In this document: positions 13,584 through 28,532 of the stretch, piece by piece
How the letters are laid out: every line of letters starts with the position of its first letter
Numbering within the stretch: the stretch's first letter is position 1
Notes under the pieces: model-generated
The model's database searches: none
Told to the model about the DNA's origin: nothing
What the model saw: the letters and a program-made list of their open reading frames with translations, nothing else
Made by a program: the position numbers and the translations under genes
DNA from: Chrysomallon squamiferum
Lineage: Eukaryota; Animalia; Mollusca
NCBI GenBank assembly: GCA_012295275.1
Contig: CM022676.1
Location: 1,860,001 to 1,924,000 of the forward strand
Reading direction: 5' to 3'
Length of the DNA stretch: 64,000 nucleotides

Positions 13584-13622
<39 letters not shown>

Positions 13623-13746
13623 AATACACTAACATACATAATACCAATGGAGAGAAAGACTGAGTGAGTTAGTTAGTTAGTGTGTGTGTGTGTGTGTGTG
13701 GGGGTTAGTTTTGTGTTTATAATCTTTTATATGTCTGAACGTACCT

Positions 13747-13781
<35 letters not shown>

Positions 13782-15194
13782 CATATTTAAATACAAACAT
13801 GCATACATATGCCTACATTAGTACCAACATACCTAACTACATACAAGACATACATGCATTTTTCTGTTTCTCACTTCTCCTTCAGACACATTGTACAGAA
13901 AATAATAATATTTTTTATATTAGTTATAGAATATATTTCAGTAATTAACATACATTTCTGTTTTGTATGAAATAAAAAAAAAATTAAAAAAAAGCACTGT
14001 TCTGTTTTTGAACGTTCTGTTACATATATCTTTTATTTAATACTTGCAGTTGTCATTTTTCAGTTTTCTTTAATATGTTGTCTCTGCCCAAATGGCATGT
14101 GCTTAGTTACAGATTTGGAAAACAGAAAAATATTAAAATACTTTGCCAGGTTTCTTTTGATAATAATAGTCTAGGAAAATGTAAAGTTAGAAAAGTATGG
14201 GCATATTGTATAGGCAAGTTACAGTTTCAGAAATTCTCATCATTATTATCCCAGAGTTAGTTCAAATGTATGGGATAATTATCTTAAGGATTTATTTATT
14301 TATCTATCTGTCTATCTATATATCTACCTATCTACCTACCTATCTACCTATTTATTTATTTATTTATTTTAGAAATATTATATATTCTGAATTATTCTTG
14401 TTAATTGAACTCATTTTAATATTGTTAATATATTTCAGTATTGACATTATTGTTATTATTAGTAATAGGTCTAACAGCAGTTCTAAAGTTTAGTACCAAG
14501 TGTAGTAGCTGAAATGGTATTATTAAGTAATAGTTGTAATGGTGGTGGTAGTAGTAGAACTAGTATAAATAGCAGTAATAGTTCAAGTTTAGTAGCAATA
14601 GTTACAGTAGTAATACTTGTGTTAGTAATAATTGCAGCAGTAGTAGTTACACTAAAAATTGAGTAGTGGTAGCTTTAGTATAATAGCAGTAGAGTAGTAT
14701 TAATAGTAGTGGTGGTAGAAGTAGTAATAGTAGGAGTAGTTATGGTAGCAGCAGTATTAGTGTTTTTATTGTTGTTGTTATAGTGGTAGTAGTAGTAGTA
14801 GTAATGATATAGTATTGCAGTACTAGCAATTACATCATTGTTGTATAATACATAATACAAATAAATGACTATGGAAAATATAAATATCATATTTAATGGA
14901 CACAAACTGACAAAATCTTAATTACAAGAACAAATTCTAACTAGAAGTTCTGTTAGAAAATATGACAGTATTTAATTAATTTTTCCATTCCTGTTTCTGA
15001 TTTTATTATTACAAATACAGTAACTTTAAAAATCGTAAGTATAGTCAGTGTACATACATAGTTTTAATAAAGTCTAATTCAAATAAACTGAAATTAACTG
15101 TAACATAAAACTGTTTTATTTTATTTTTATTATTATGCATACAGTCTTATAAATATGACACTTTCATGTTGATTAACAGCAATTAACCTGAATT

Positions 15195-15236
<42 letters not shown>

Positions 15237-16526
15237 TGTTTTTGTTATGTACAGAGACTATTATCAGCATTACACAAATGTTGTAATGATAATAATGGTA
15301 TAAACTGAACTAATTTGGGGATATTCTTTAACAGTGTCTCAAAATACTGACAGTTTGTTGCTCTCTGTGACTAGTTTATATTTGTCTTTGTTTGTTGTAA
15401 AGAATATCAAATATAAAGATAATGGATACAAAAGAATAAAAAAGAAAGATAAAAAAAAAGATTAAAACTAAAAATAAAAATAAATAATAACAGAAAGTAG
15501 GTTTATTCTTGAAATTGGTGAAGTTTTATTATTCTTAATTTAATTTTATTACTTTTAATTTAATTTAATATTTCATTTTCTTTTTCTTTTCTCTATTTTT
15601 AAAAGGATTCTTGCTTGTGTTTTTTTTTTTTTTTTTTTTCCTGTTGAGAATACCATAGGGCTATTTCCCATTCCAGACATGCTCCATGGAAAACATTTTC
15701 TTATTCTGTTGTATTTATTTAACTATCCATGATCTAATGCAAATATATATAAAAAAATATCTTTTGCTTTTAATCAATAAAGATAGCATATCATTGAAAC
15801 AGAAAAACCAAACAATCAGAAAAAAAGAAGAAGAAAAGGAGAAAGTTAAAAAAGAAAGAAATGATTTGAAGCAATTATTTTGAGAGATTTATTTTGGGTC
15901 CACTAAAATATGTAGGTGGATTGAATTATAGTGATGCCATTTGATTGAAAATTGCCATCTTTGTTGTGGTTAACACCTAACCTTATTTTATTATATTATT
16001 ATTATTATTTTTTACAATTACATTACTTTAGATCCATTCGTCAGTTTTATTCATACTGTATCATTACAATTTTATACATTTTCAAACTTAATGTTACAGT
16101 TTAGGAACAGTCCATATATAACTGAAATTATGCTGTAAAATATGGCAGTTATTATTATTAGAAATTTCAAAAGATATTATACATTGAAATTAAATACTAA
16201 TTAAGTACTAATATATTTTTAATATGCTTTGAAATGTAGTAAATATTTAAATGCATATTGCCAAATTTAAAGAAATATTTTCCGTGAACTGATATTAGCT
16301 ATTACATACCCAAGCATATATATATATATATATATATTAAATGCTCTTTGAAATTTAATTTATTTCTTCTATGCATGGAAATCTTAAAACCTTCACATCA
16401 ATTTAGTTGATGTGTGAACATTGCTGTTGTTGTTGATTTATAAATGACAACAAATTTTGCAATTTTGTTTATGTGCAAACATTATTGTGTAGTTGTGTAT
16501 GCAAACATTTCAAAACAGAAAAAACT

Positions 16527-16570
<44 letters not shown>

Positions 16571-19500
16571 TGCGTAAGTACAAATCGTAAAGAAACTATA
16601 TATATTATATATTAACAGAATGAGAAAGGGACAGAAGCAGAGAGAGACAGAGAGACAGAGAGACATACACATCTCTCAAGTTAAAAACCCCACTTTAAAT
16701 GCTTTGTAATTATATATGAGTATTAATTATTGCTTCTACAGAAACCTCTAAAATGAAGAGCTGTTTTCTCGGGCAATTTGCTCCCTACACATCAGTAGAG
16801 GTTTTTATTTCACTTGACTTTTTCTTTCTTTCATACATATCTTTTTTTTTTTTTTTTTTTTTTGTCCAGCTAACTATACTTTTCATTGAGAAACCTCACA
16901 TTAACTCGACTGAAATGTTTTGCCTAATTGTAGGAAATTGATTTGTGATGCATACCGCTTCCAATTTCCTGACAACAATTTCTAGTAATTGATCTCAACA
17001 TTTCATAAAATACTTTCACTGGCAGAGCCAAGAAAAAAAGGGGAAATAAATGGACAAACACAGATGGATGGATGGATGGATGGATGGTGGAAATTTGTAA
17101 AGAAAAAAGAAAGAAAGAAAGAAAAATGAAAATTGACATTGGTGGATGTATGGTTGAATTGACTTGAAGAAATAACCAGTCTTATTTAGTGGATGGATGG
17201 TTTCTTGAAATGTGTGAATCTGAAACAGATTGCTGTGTCATTTGTATATGAATGGTTAAATGGATTTATTAATTTATAAAAATAACTAATGTATATATGG
17301 ATAGAGTGAAAGAAAGAATGGATGAATGGAAGAATGGATGGATAAATGGATTGTTAAAATTTGTGAACATAAAAACAATTGTCATGATATTTACTGATGC
17401 ATGGTTTAATAGAAATTTTAATTTATGAAATAACCAATGTGTATATATTGATGGATGGTTTATATACTGAGGAAAATGAGTAATATCTACATGGACAATC
17501 ACATGAATGGATACTCTTTGAGACTACGGATACTCTATCTGATACACTGTGTGTATTTATGGATCCTTATTGAAATAATTCATCATTACATGCACGGACA
17601 CACTGATGGATGGATGATGATATTCAGCTGTGGTCAGTTTTTATAGTTTTATAAAGTTTTTATCTGTCCATGTAGATATTAGTAATTTTCTTATAGATAG
17701 GCAGAATGACAGATGTGTTATTATATCTTAGTATTAACCTGGACAGACAGATGAATGGATTATCATATTTTATAAATTAAATTGATAGATAACGGAGTGA
17801 TTGATGAACATTATTGTATTTTTAACGAACTGAAAAAAATAAGAAATATATGGATGGATAGATGAGCTATCATTTTCTAATAATCAACCCAGAAGTTAGT
17901 AAATAAATAAATAAATAAATAAAAATATATAAAAGTGGTAGCAACACTAATAGTTGTATTAATATAGTGATAGTTGTAGTAGTAGTAATAACACTATTAA
18001 TAATACTGATGGATACTCTATGAGTCTGTAGATACATTGTCTATATTATGTTGAGTAATAGACAGATCATTATCAAAATAATTCACAATTATATGCACAG
18101 ACATACTGATGGATGGATGTAACAAATAAATAAACTGTAAGCATCAGTACAAGCAGTTTCCATCATGGACGTTTTGTACTTTTTGTCACAACCTGTCACT
18201 CATGTGTACTTTGTGGATGACCCATGACTCTGACCATTTAGATGACCTCTTTGACCAGCCATTGACATATAAGTGATGTTTTTTCAATCACCCTGGAGAT
18301 ATATGATATGATTGTGTTTTTGTTTGTTGCCTGACGTGGACAAACTCATCTCTGCAAATAGCTGTCCTTTGGGGATTTTGAAATAATTGTTAAAGAACTT
18401 TTTTTTTTTTTTTTTTTTTCATATGACACTTCATCATTTTGATTCTGAACTCATAAATAAAAAAAAGAGTCTATTACTTTTTGTATTTATCCAGAAGAGA
18501 CATTATAAATCCAGATATGTGTGTGTGTGTGTGTGTGTGTCTGTGTGTGATACAAATATATTTTTGTTTATAAATTTTTAAAAAATAATAATGATGTTAT
18601 TATTTTAAAATTTTATAAGCAAAAATACTGTTCTATCATTAAGAAGAGTAATACAACCAGAAATTTATTATTATTATTATATTTTTGTTATTATTTTTGT
18701 TGTTGTAAACAAAAAAAAAAAAAAAATAATAATAATAATTGTAATTTAAAAACATATTGGAAAAAATATTGGATTCAAGTCATTTTGCAAGTTGTCACAA
18801 AGGCTGGGAAACCTGATCAGAATTAACCCTTTGGCTGCTGTGTGTGTCCTAATGTGAATGGTTAAATGGATTTATTAATTTATAAAAATAACTATGACAG
18901 TGATCTTCAGAATTGTCTTTGCCACTGAATATACAGTCAGTAAGGAAAAGCCAGGGTATATGGCTCTATGGTTAGAGCATTTGTGCTCTCTTTGTGCTCT
19001 ATGTGACAGAGCATTTGTTCTCTACGCAGCAGAGAATTTGCTCAAGGTACAGAGGACTGACAGATCAAATCCTTGTGCTGGACACACTGAATTATTTCTC
19101 ATCACAATTTTAGTAATAAATTTATTAAAATAAAATATCAGTATTTGTTAGACAATTGTCATTGGACTTATTATATCACTGGTAAAGGAAGAATTTATAT
19201 TATTTAAAAAAAAAATAAAAATTATTTCTGGTTATTTAAGAAAAAAGAATGACATTACAGATTTCCTTTACAAAAAATGTTTTCAAGAATTTAAAAAAAA
19301 AAATTTAATAAAATAATAATAGAGTTATAAATTGTTAGCTTATCTCTTCACTGGTTTTTAATATCCGCTTTTGAGATCTCATAACAAATTAAATTATTTC
19401 AATTTTTTTTTCATTTTTTTTTTCAGTTATGTGTTTTAATATTGATCTGTAAAGGCAAGGATGTCATGAGAATAGTAAAATTTGAAATACCAGAAGATTA

Positions 19501-20168
19501 AAATTTTCAACTTTGATTTTAAATAAATGCTCTGCTTTTCTAACTTTTTTACTGTTATCATCATTGTTGTTGTTGTTGTTGTTCTTACTGTTCTATTATT
19601 ATTAATATTACTAATATTTTTATTATTAATTTTTTTTTTCTTACTATTGTTATTGTTATTGTTATTCAGGAATATTGTAAATAAAAAATAAAATAAAAAG
19701 TAGTAAGTAAATAAATAAACAAATACATATGTATGGCACTAATCAGACGAGCAAACATGACAGAAAACACACATGCACACATACACATGCACATGCATGC
19801 ACACACTAACATAGACACACCTAAAAAAAAACACAGACATAGGCACATAGTCACACATACATACACATAATACAAACACAACATATAAACACACCCATAC
19901 ACACACACACAAACAAAATATTTTAAAAATCATACGTAAATAAAAATTCTGTATTTTGCTAATGATAAAACCAAAAAGATAAACAAAAACAATTTATCAT
20001 ACTACATTAAGAAAAAAGATTATATTCAATATTTTTCTAACTCAAACTAACTCAATATTTTCTATTGTCTTTCTAACAGAAAAAAAGTTTCTAATATTTT
20101 GTTAACAAAATAAATATCTAATATTTTGGTAATAATAAAATAATGTCTAATCTTTGACAGCAGCTAAA

Positions 20169-20211
<43 letters not shown>

Positions 20212-20348
20212 AGAGAAACACACAAACACAAAATTAAAAAATGATACCAGCATAGAAACTTGTTAGGTATTTTGCATTAATCTCATTATTTCACACACAT
20301 GTACAGTTATAACTATTTAAACTTAATAATTTCTGATATATTGCTTAC

Positions 20349-20480
20349 CTTATGTTTTCCCTGCTGGTGAATTCTTCAGTCTGATATATTGTCACAAGTT
20401 CTTCTTGCACTGGGTATATCACAGCCCGAGACAGTGACACTGCAGTCTGATTGGCTGAGAGGTTTTTATTTCTGTGCGGG
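20349..20480 (-). promoter_or_regulatory. Candidate core promoter and non-coding first exon of the nested gene
   Basis: Minus strand reads AATAAAAA (TATA-like, about 20463-20470), CCAAT (about 20450-20454), then a strong donor AAG|GTAAGC at 20348. Confidence 0.35.
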
Positions 20481-21113
20481 GGAGGAGAGGGTAGGTGTGT
20501 AAAACTGACCTCTGCTTCTCTGCTTTAACAAAGAGAGTTATTATTTGTAACGTTAAATTCCCACAGTGTGAAGAAAACATAGGCAGATTATAACTAAGAA
20601 GTGAAATGCTGAATGTGGATGCTTATAGAATGCTGATTGAATGCTAAATGATGAAGTTTAGCAGAATTATCTTAAGTGGAAAACAATTTACAGTTTTTAG
20701 TTACTGTTTAATGGTTTTCTCTTCTTTTTTCTTGATGTGTTTTTTAATACTGTTTCTTTTTTCTTTTTTTCTTACCTTTTTTCGATTTTTGGCCTAATGG
20801 TTATGTTTTGTATGATACTTTCTGTTTGATTTTTCTTTCATTTCATTAAATATTATTACTAGAGTTGTATTATATATTTACTATTTCTTTGTTGTAGTCT
20901 CTTTTTTTTCTAATTTATAATAATGCATCTTAGAGAATCACATCATTTTTCTCTGTCTGTCTGTCTTTCTGTCTCTCTATTTCTTACACACACATGTACA
21001 GGCATAAAACAATTTAATATAATAAAACAATTTTTTTAATATAAAAGTACATTCAAATCTTTTAATAAGGGCAACAAAAACAACAAGTCAAAAGAAATAA
21101 CTAACAACAAATT

Positions 21114-21153
<40 letters not shown>

Positions 21154-21617
21154 GCAGCAGCAGCAGCAGCAGCAACAACAACAACAGAACATTAATAGTA
21201 ATACACAGAATGTATCTCACAGAATGGATTTCGAAGTGTGATATATTTCTGTATTGCAGTGTGTGGATATCACCGTTTATATTAATCTTTACTTGTAAGT
21301 CATCTTCCTTCATTAAAACAGCAGATTAACAGCAGAGTGGCCCCTGCCTGGACTCACATTACACTGAACTGACAGCTCGGTCTGGGAAGTGTGGGAATAA
21401 CAGTAAATGTTTTTAATTTCCAGCAGTTTGATTGAGAGAAGAACAGGAAAGGATTGTCGTCCCTGTGGAGTTAGGATTATGTTCATGTGGTGTTGGTTAA
21501 AGAAAGCTGATACGTCTGTCTGTTCGTCTGTAACTGATGTTAATCTGTCATCATTTGTGTGGTTTGCAATGAAATTATATTGACACAAAGACATGCACAC
21601 ACACAAACATGCATACA

Positions 21618-21657
<40 letters not shown>

Positions 21658-21676
21658 ATATCTCTATATATATACA

Positions 21677-21708
<32 letters not shown>

Positions 21709-21713
21709 CATAT

Positions 21714-21759
<46 letters not shown>

Positions 21760-22519
21760 GTTGTGGGTCTTTGTTTATAGAGTATCATTACTGTTACATG
21801 ATTTAAATTTGTTTTCATTTATGTTTAGCATTAAATTTACAAAGTTATTAAAATATACCCAAAACTCATTAAAGGGAATAATAAAAAGCTAATTATTTTA
21901 AATAAGAATGTCTGCCTGGGGTTTTTAACTGCTTGTATTTTATGTTGATACCCATAAAAACCTACAAATCTATGCAGTTACTCTATGAGGTATATATATT
22001 AAAAATCTTTAGTTGTTAAACAAAGCTTTTGTGAATGGAATATCTATTTACAGACTATTTTTCTTTTTTTATGAGCAGAATAATTAGCAATTAAATTGCC
22101 AATTAATTTGCTTTCAACCAAATAATTGTCATCAGTTTCAAATTAGATGTTGAAATTCAGAATTAAATAGCATTTTTAAAAACCATATCATCAAATTCTG
22201 ACAGATATTATAAGAAAATTGTTACTAAAGGGACTTAATCATAATTTTCTGGTAACTATGTTCATGTTTTTTTTTGAAAAACCTAATGAATGCTGGTTAA
22301 TGTATACTCAACGTTGTCATAATATATAAACTTGATAATGAAGAAACTACATAAGTGCCAAGGTTAAAATCAGTTCTGTGTGGTTTGCTATTTTCCTGAA
22401 ATTTTTAGAATGGATGAAAAGTAAATGAGAAAAATGTTGATATCCATAATGAATAATAATTCATGATTAAAACAGAATTTAAAAGTGAAATATAAAAACT
22501 GTAAACAGGTTGACTGTAA

Positions 22520-22805
22520 TTGCACTGGTAAACAGAATTATAACCAAATGTTCAGCACCAGTAACACAGTAATTGAAATTGGTAGACAGAGATTACAACC
22601 AAATGTTCAGCAACAATAACAACAACACATTTTAACTGCCACTGACTGACAGAGGTTATGCTTCAAATGTTCAGCACCAGTAACAACTATAGATACTATA
22701 GATGCCACCAGTAGACAAAGATTATAATCAAATGTCCTGCACCAGGAACAAATATAATTGCCACTGTCTGGCACAGATAATAACCAAATGTTCAGCATCA
22801 GTAAT
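22520..22805. repeat. Degenerate tandem repeat with core AACCAAATGTTCAGCACCAGTAAC
   Basis: About 5 diverged copies at roughly 60-bp spacing. Confidence 0.6.
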
Positions 22806-23352
22806 TCACTTAAAGTTGATTAACTCCATCCAGTTTCTCTGGCTCAGTTAAGGTGCAAAAAATTTCAACCAAAAATTGCATAAAAGGTGACATTTAAGAT
22901 TACGCAAGATTAATTATCACTGGTAAAAAACCTGACTTGTTTTGTTGTGGCAGATTTTGCTTTCAGTTTTTTAAAACAAATGAGTTTTCAAATCAGTCTG
23001 ACTGAAAGTTATAAATGAGAGTGGAAGTTAATAGTAAAAAGTAATTAAATTAGTTTCAACTAAATGTTTTCTTGGAAATACTGTGTTTTAGAAGGAAATG
23101 GACTTTTATTCATTGAGAGAATGATATATGAATTGAAAACTTTATAGAGCCATGCAAGTCTTAATGCATCTTTATATATGTGCATGCACAAATGGCAAAT
23201 GAAGACGGTAACATGTTACATAGAAATACAGAGCAAACAGTGAAGGGGAGAGAGAGTGAGAGAGAGAAACTATGAAAAAATACCTGTGTTATACATAAGC
23301 ATAAGAAATTATACAGACTACGTGTGTATGTGTATATGTGTTTCTGTGGGTC

Positions 23353-23404
<52 letters not shown>

Positions 23405-24239
23405 TGTGTTTGAAAAACCTCTTTATTTTAACACTGGATATGTGGCTGTGTGTATCAGACTGATGGTGATGATCTAATAAAAACTAATACTTTTAGACAT
23501 ATAAATTAGTTTAAATTAACTTTCCATCTTCTAGCTTAGATCAGCATTCATTAACACACAAGACAAACAACTGTAACAACAACAACAACAACAACACTAC
23601 AACAGCAAACACTTTAAAACATCACTGGTTTTTCACATCATCTTTCAGTTCAAGTCTGAATGTCTTGAGAGAGAAAACTGAGACAACTTCAGAGTGTGCG
23701 CTGTTTTAAAAGCTGCAAACTCTGCTCTGTGTGTTGGTTGACAGAGCCAGTGTGTACATTTCCTGTGGGAAGTGGTCACCACAGGCTTTCCGCTTCGCAA
23801 CAAAAGACTCACTAATGTGCACTGCGACAGTATAGCGTGGGGACGTTTGTGTGTTTTGTCGTTGGACTTTGTGGGGGCTGTGTCAATGTGAAGGCCATTT
23901 GTTCTTGAGTCTTTGACTTTCTGTGTTTGTCTTTTTTAATTTTAATTTTAATTTAATTATTTCTTTAATTTTATTATTTATTTATTTACTTATTTTTTTT
24001 TATTATTATTTTTTTTTTATTTTTTTTATAAATGGTTAAGAGATGTTTTTAATTTGTCTTTTGTGAGTTTGTATGGTAAGGTCATGACAATACTTTGTTA
24101 GTTTTTATTGATTTTTAAAAAATAATGTTACATTCTTTCTGATGTGGTTAAATTTGAAAAAAAAATTTTTTACATACTGTTATTTTAGTCTATATTAGGT
24201 TTGCATTTTCATTCAGAACTATTATGAATGGCTTTCTCT

Positions 24240-25520
24240 AGTTGATGGCTATTACAGCTGTTCAGCTGATGTCTGTGTTTGTTGCAGCTGTTTAGTTGAT
24301 ATCTGTGACAGCTGTTTAGTTGATATCTATGTTACAGCTGTTTAGTTGATATATATGTTGGTGACAGCTTTCTAGTTGATATATATCTCAGTGACAGCTG
24401 TTTAGTTGATATATACGTATGTGACAGCTGTTTAGTTGATGTCTATGTTTGTGACAGCTGTTTAGTTCATATATATGTCAGTGACAGCTGTTTAGTTGGT
24501 ATATATGTATGTGACAGCTGTTTAGTTGATATATATGTTTGACAGCTGTTTAGTTGATGTCTGTATGTGACAGCTGTTTAGTTGATGTCTATGTCTGTGA
24601 CAGCTGTTTAATTGATGTATATATCAGTGACAGCTGTTTAGTTGATATCTGTCTGTGACAGCTGTTTAGTTGATGTCTATGTCTGTGACAGCTGTTTAGC
24701 TGATATCTGTGTCTGTGACAGCTGTTTAGTTGATGTCTATGTCAGTGGCAGCTGTTTAGTTGATATATGTGTCTGTGGCAGCTGTTTAATTGATGTATAT
24801 GTCAGTGACAGCTGTTTAGTTGATATCTGTGTCTGTGGCAGCTGTTTAATTGATGTATATGTCAGTGACAGCTGTTTAGTTGATGTCTATGTTTGTGACA
24901 ACTGTTTAGTTGGTATATATGTTTGTGACAGCTGTTTAGTTGATGTCTGTGACAGCTGTTTAGTTGATGTCTTGTCTGTGACAGCTGTTTAGTTGATGTC
25001 TATGTCTGTGACAGCTGTTTAGTTGATGTCTGTGGCAGCTGTTTAATTGATGTATGTTGACAGCTGTTTAGTTGATGTCTATGTTACAGACAGCTGTTCA
25101 GTTGATATATATTTTACAGCTGTTTCAGTTGATGTCTGTGTCAGTGACAGCTGTTTAGTTGATATTGATGTCAGCTGTTTGATTTTGTGTCAACTGACAG
25201 TTGTTTGTTATGTTTGTTACAGCAGTTTAGTTGATGTCTATGTCAGTGACATCTGTTTAGTTGATGTCTATGTTTGTGACAACTGTTTAGTTGATGTCTA
25301 TGTTTGTTTATATTTGTGACAACTGTTTAGTTGATGTGTCTATGTTTGACAGCAATTTAGTTAATGTCTATGTTGTTTGTTACAGTAGATGTTTAGTTGA
25401 TGTCTATGTTTGTTACAGCTGTTTAGTTGATGTCTATGTTTGTTACATCTGTTTAGTTGATGTCTATGTTTGTTACATCTGTTTAGTTGATGTCTGTGTT
25501 TGTTACAACTGTTTAGTTAA
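24240..25520. repeat. About 30-bp minisatellite GTGACAGCTGTTTAGTTGATGTCTATGTCT
   Basis: Dozens of tandem copies; explains the 10-aa periodic DSCLVDVYVC ORFs. Confidence 0.92.
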
Positions 25521-26479
25521 CCTAAGACATTGTGTATGTGCTATCCTGAGAGTTTGAAACTAAACATAAATATTATCTGCTGGAAGTAATTTTTCATAGA
25601 AAAAAGAAAGAATTTAAATATTTTGCCATTTTTGTTGGGTATTTTTTTATAATAATATCTAAGTATAATTATTGGGTTTTTTCTTCACTTCAAATTTTTA
25701 TATTTTATTTTATTTTGTTTTATTTTATTTTATTTATAGAAAAGTTAGTGGTTCAAAATTAAGATGAAATTTATTAATTTGAATTTACTCCAATTTGTGT
25801 AGTTACTTCTGATCTTTATCGATTGATCCAGTTTGATTGTTTTTTTTTGGAAACTGAATAATTATAATTTATTTCTAATGTTCAGTTGTGATAAAATGGT
25901 GAAATTGTCTTGAAATAAATGGCTAGAATTAGCTGCTATTATCTCCAAATTATCGCAGTATTCTGCCATTATTCTTGAGTGAAAAAACATGTTGAGAAAT
26001 CTATTACTCTCTTTCTATTTCGTTTTTTTTTCTCTCTCTCTCTAGATATATATATATCTTGAAAATAAAAGTAGATTTAAATTTTTTGTAGAAAATACAA
26101 CTTACTATTTATATTATTTATATTATTAATTTTTAAATTTGATATTATTAGATTTTTAAAAATAATTTATTCTTTCTTTTTTTTTTTTTCTTTTTTAATC
26201 TTTTTGACAGGAAATAAAATATTTTGTTTTATTACTATATTAAGTTATTACTATTATTGTTTTTCTGATTGAAATTATTATACAGGCAAATCAATAAATT
26301 AAGTCCCAAAAGATCAGTTTTCTTCAAAATATTATTTTTTATACTCACACCTGCTTCATTGTCACACTTGTTTTCACTCTTGGACATAAATAATCTAGCC
26401 ATTATTATCAGTCTCATTGTTGTCACCTAATTATCACCATTTTGTATCTTCTTGTATAATCATTGACTTACATGCACAA

Positions 26480-27150
<671 letters not shown>

Positions 27151-27160
27151 GTCTTTGTAG

Positions 27161-27273
27161 GAAAGTATGTTGGCAATCGGCCTGTGAAACTGAGGAAAAG
27201 TACGTGGAAAGATCGCAACCTGGACGTAGTGCGGAGAAAAGACAAAGAGAAAAAGAGACTCGGTCTTAGATAA
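27161..27273 (+). CDS. RBM42: RBM42 last coding exon
   Basis: gtctttgtag|GA. Encodes GKYVGNRPVKLRKSTWKDRNLDVVRRKDKEKKRLGLR*, completing the RRM in phase with the 4733 donor. AATAAA signals follow at about 27300-27365 and 27650. Confidence 0.95.
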
Positions 27274-28139
27274 TGAACTTCTGTTAAATTAGCAAATGAA
27301 ATAAATAAATAAAATTTAACAGGCCAATTATGCTAGCACTTCTGTCAAATAATGACATTAATAAAAAGAAGATAAAATTCTTTCAGTCGAAAAAAAAAGA
27401 AAATTATAGTGTCAGACATTTGTTACAAACAGTTATTTTTATAAGTTGTTTATTTTAAATGATAAATTTAAGAAGACTGAATTTAAATAATAATGTGTAA
27501 GTTTCATTCATTCAGATGTATTTTGTGAGGAAATGAAAAAATAATATTAAAAGTTAGAAAGAAAAACTATTTTTTCTTTTTTATCTTATTTTTGTCTTCT
27601 TATTATTTTTTCTTGCATTGAGAACAAGTTCTGTTTTTATGTTGTGATGAATAAATTCGCAATTTACAAGTTAATATTCTTTTTCTCTCATTTTTTTTTT
27701 TTTTTTTTTTTTTTTTTTGTTTGTTTTGTTTGGGGTTTTTTAATGTACTTTTTTATCCCTAAATTTACGCAATAATGCACTTTTTGTAAGATTTTGGGAA
27801 ATGAATGTTGATGAATCTTGGTCTACATTTATCCAGTAGTTTAATTAAAAAAATTAATAATATATAAAGAAATTAAAAAATTAAAAAAATTAATATTAAA
27901 ATATAAAAAATATTTTTCAATCAAAACAAATTCACAAACAATAAAAAACTGAAACAAGTGAGCATGAACAATAATAAACTGTTTGAACCAAGAAATGAGA
28001 ATTCACAAACTGAAACATAAATTCACAAACAATAATAAACTGATTGAAACATGGATTCACAAACAATAATTAATTCAAACGAATGTTAATGGACAATAAT
28101 ATATAAACTGAAACAAGAATGCACAACCGAAACAAAAAT

Positions 28140-28532
28140 TCACAAACAGGAATAAACAGACTGAAACAAGAATTCACAAACTAATAAATTGACTGAAAAG
28201 AATTCACAGTAATAAATTGACAGAAACAAGAATTCACAAACTAATAAATTGACTGAAACAAGAATTCACAAACAGTAATAAATTGACTGAAACAAGAATT
28301 CACAAACAGTAATAAATTGACTGAAACAAGAATTCACAAACAGTAATAAATTGACTGAAACAAGAATTCACAAACAGTAATAAACTGACTGAAACAAGAA
28401 TTCACAAACAGTAATAAATTGACTGAAACAAGAAATCACAAACAGTAATGAATTGACTGAAACAAGAAATCACAAACAGTAATGAATTGACTGAAACAAG
28501 AAATCACAAACTAATAAATTGACTGAAACAAA
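28140..28532. repeat. About 34-bp minisatellite GACTGAAACAAGAATTCACAAACAGTAATAAATT
   Basis: About 11 tandem copies with degenerate copies upstream from about 27920. Confidence 0.9.

Noticed and set aside
24642-25557. Cys-periodic ORFs (DSCLVDVYVC)n
   Set aside because: Translation of a 30-bp minisatellite with frame breaks; no splice or start context.
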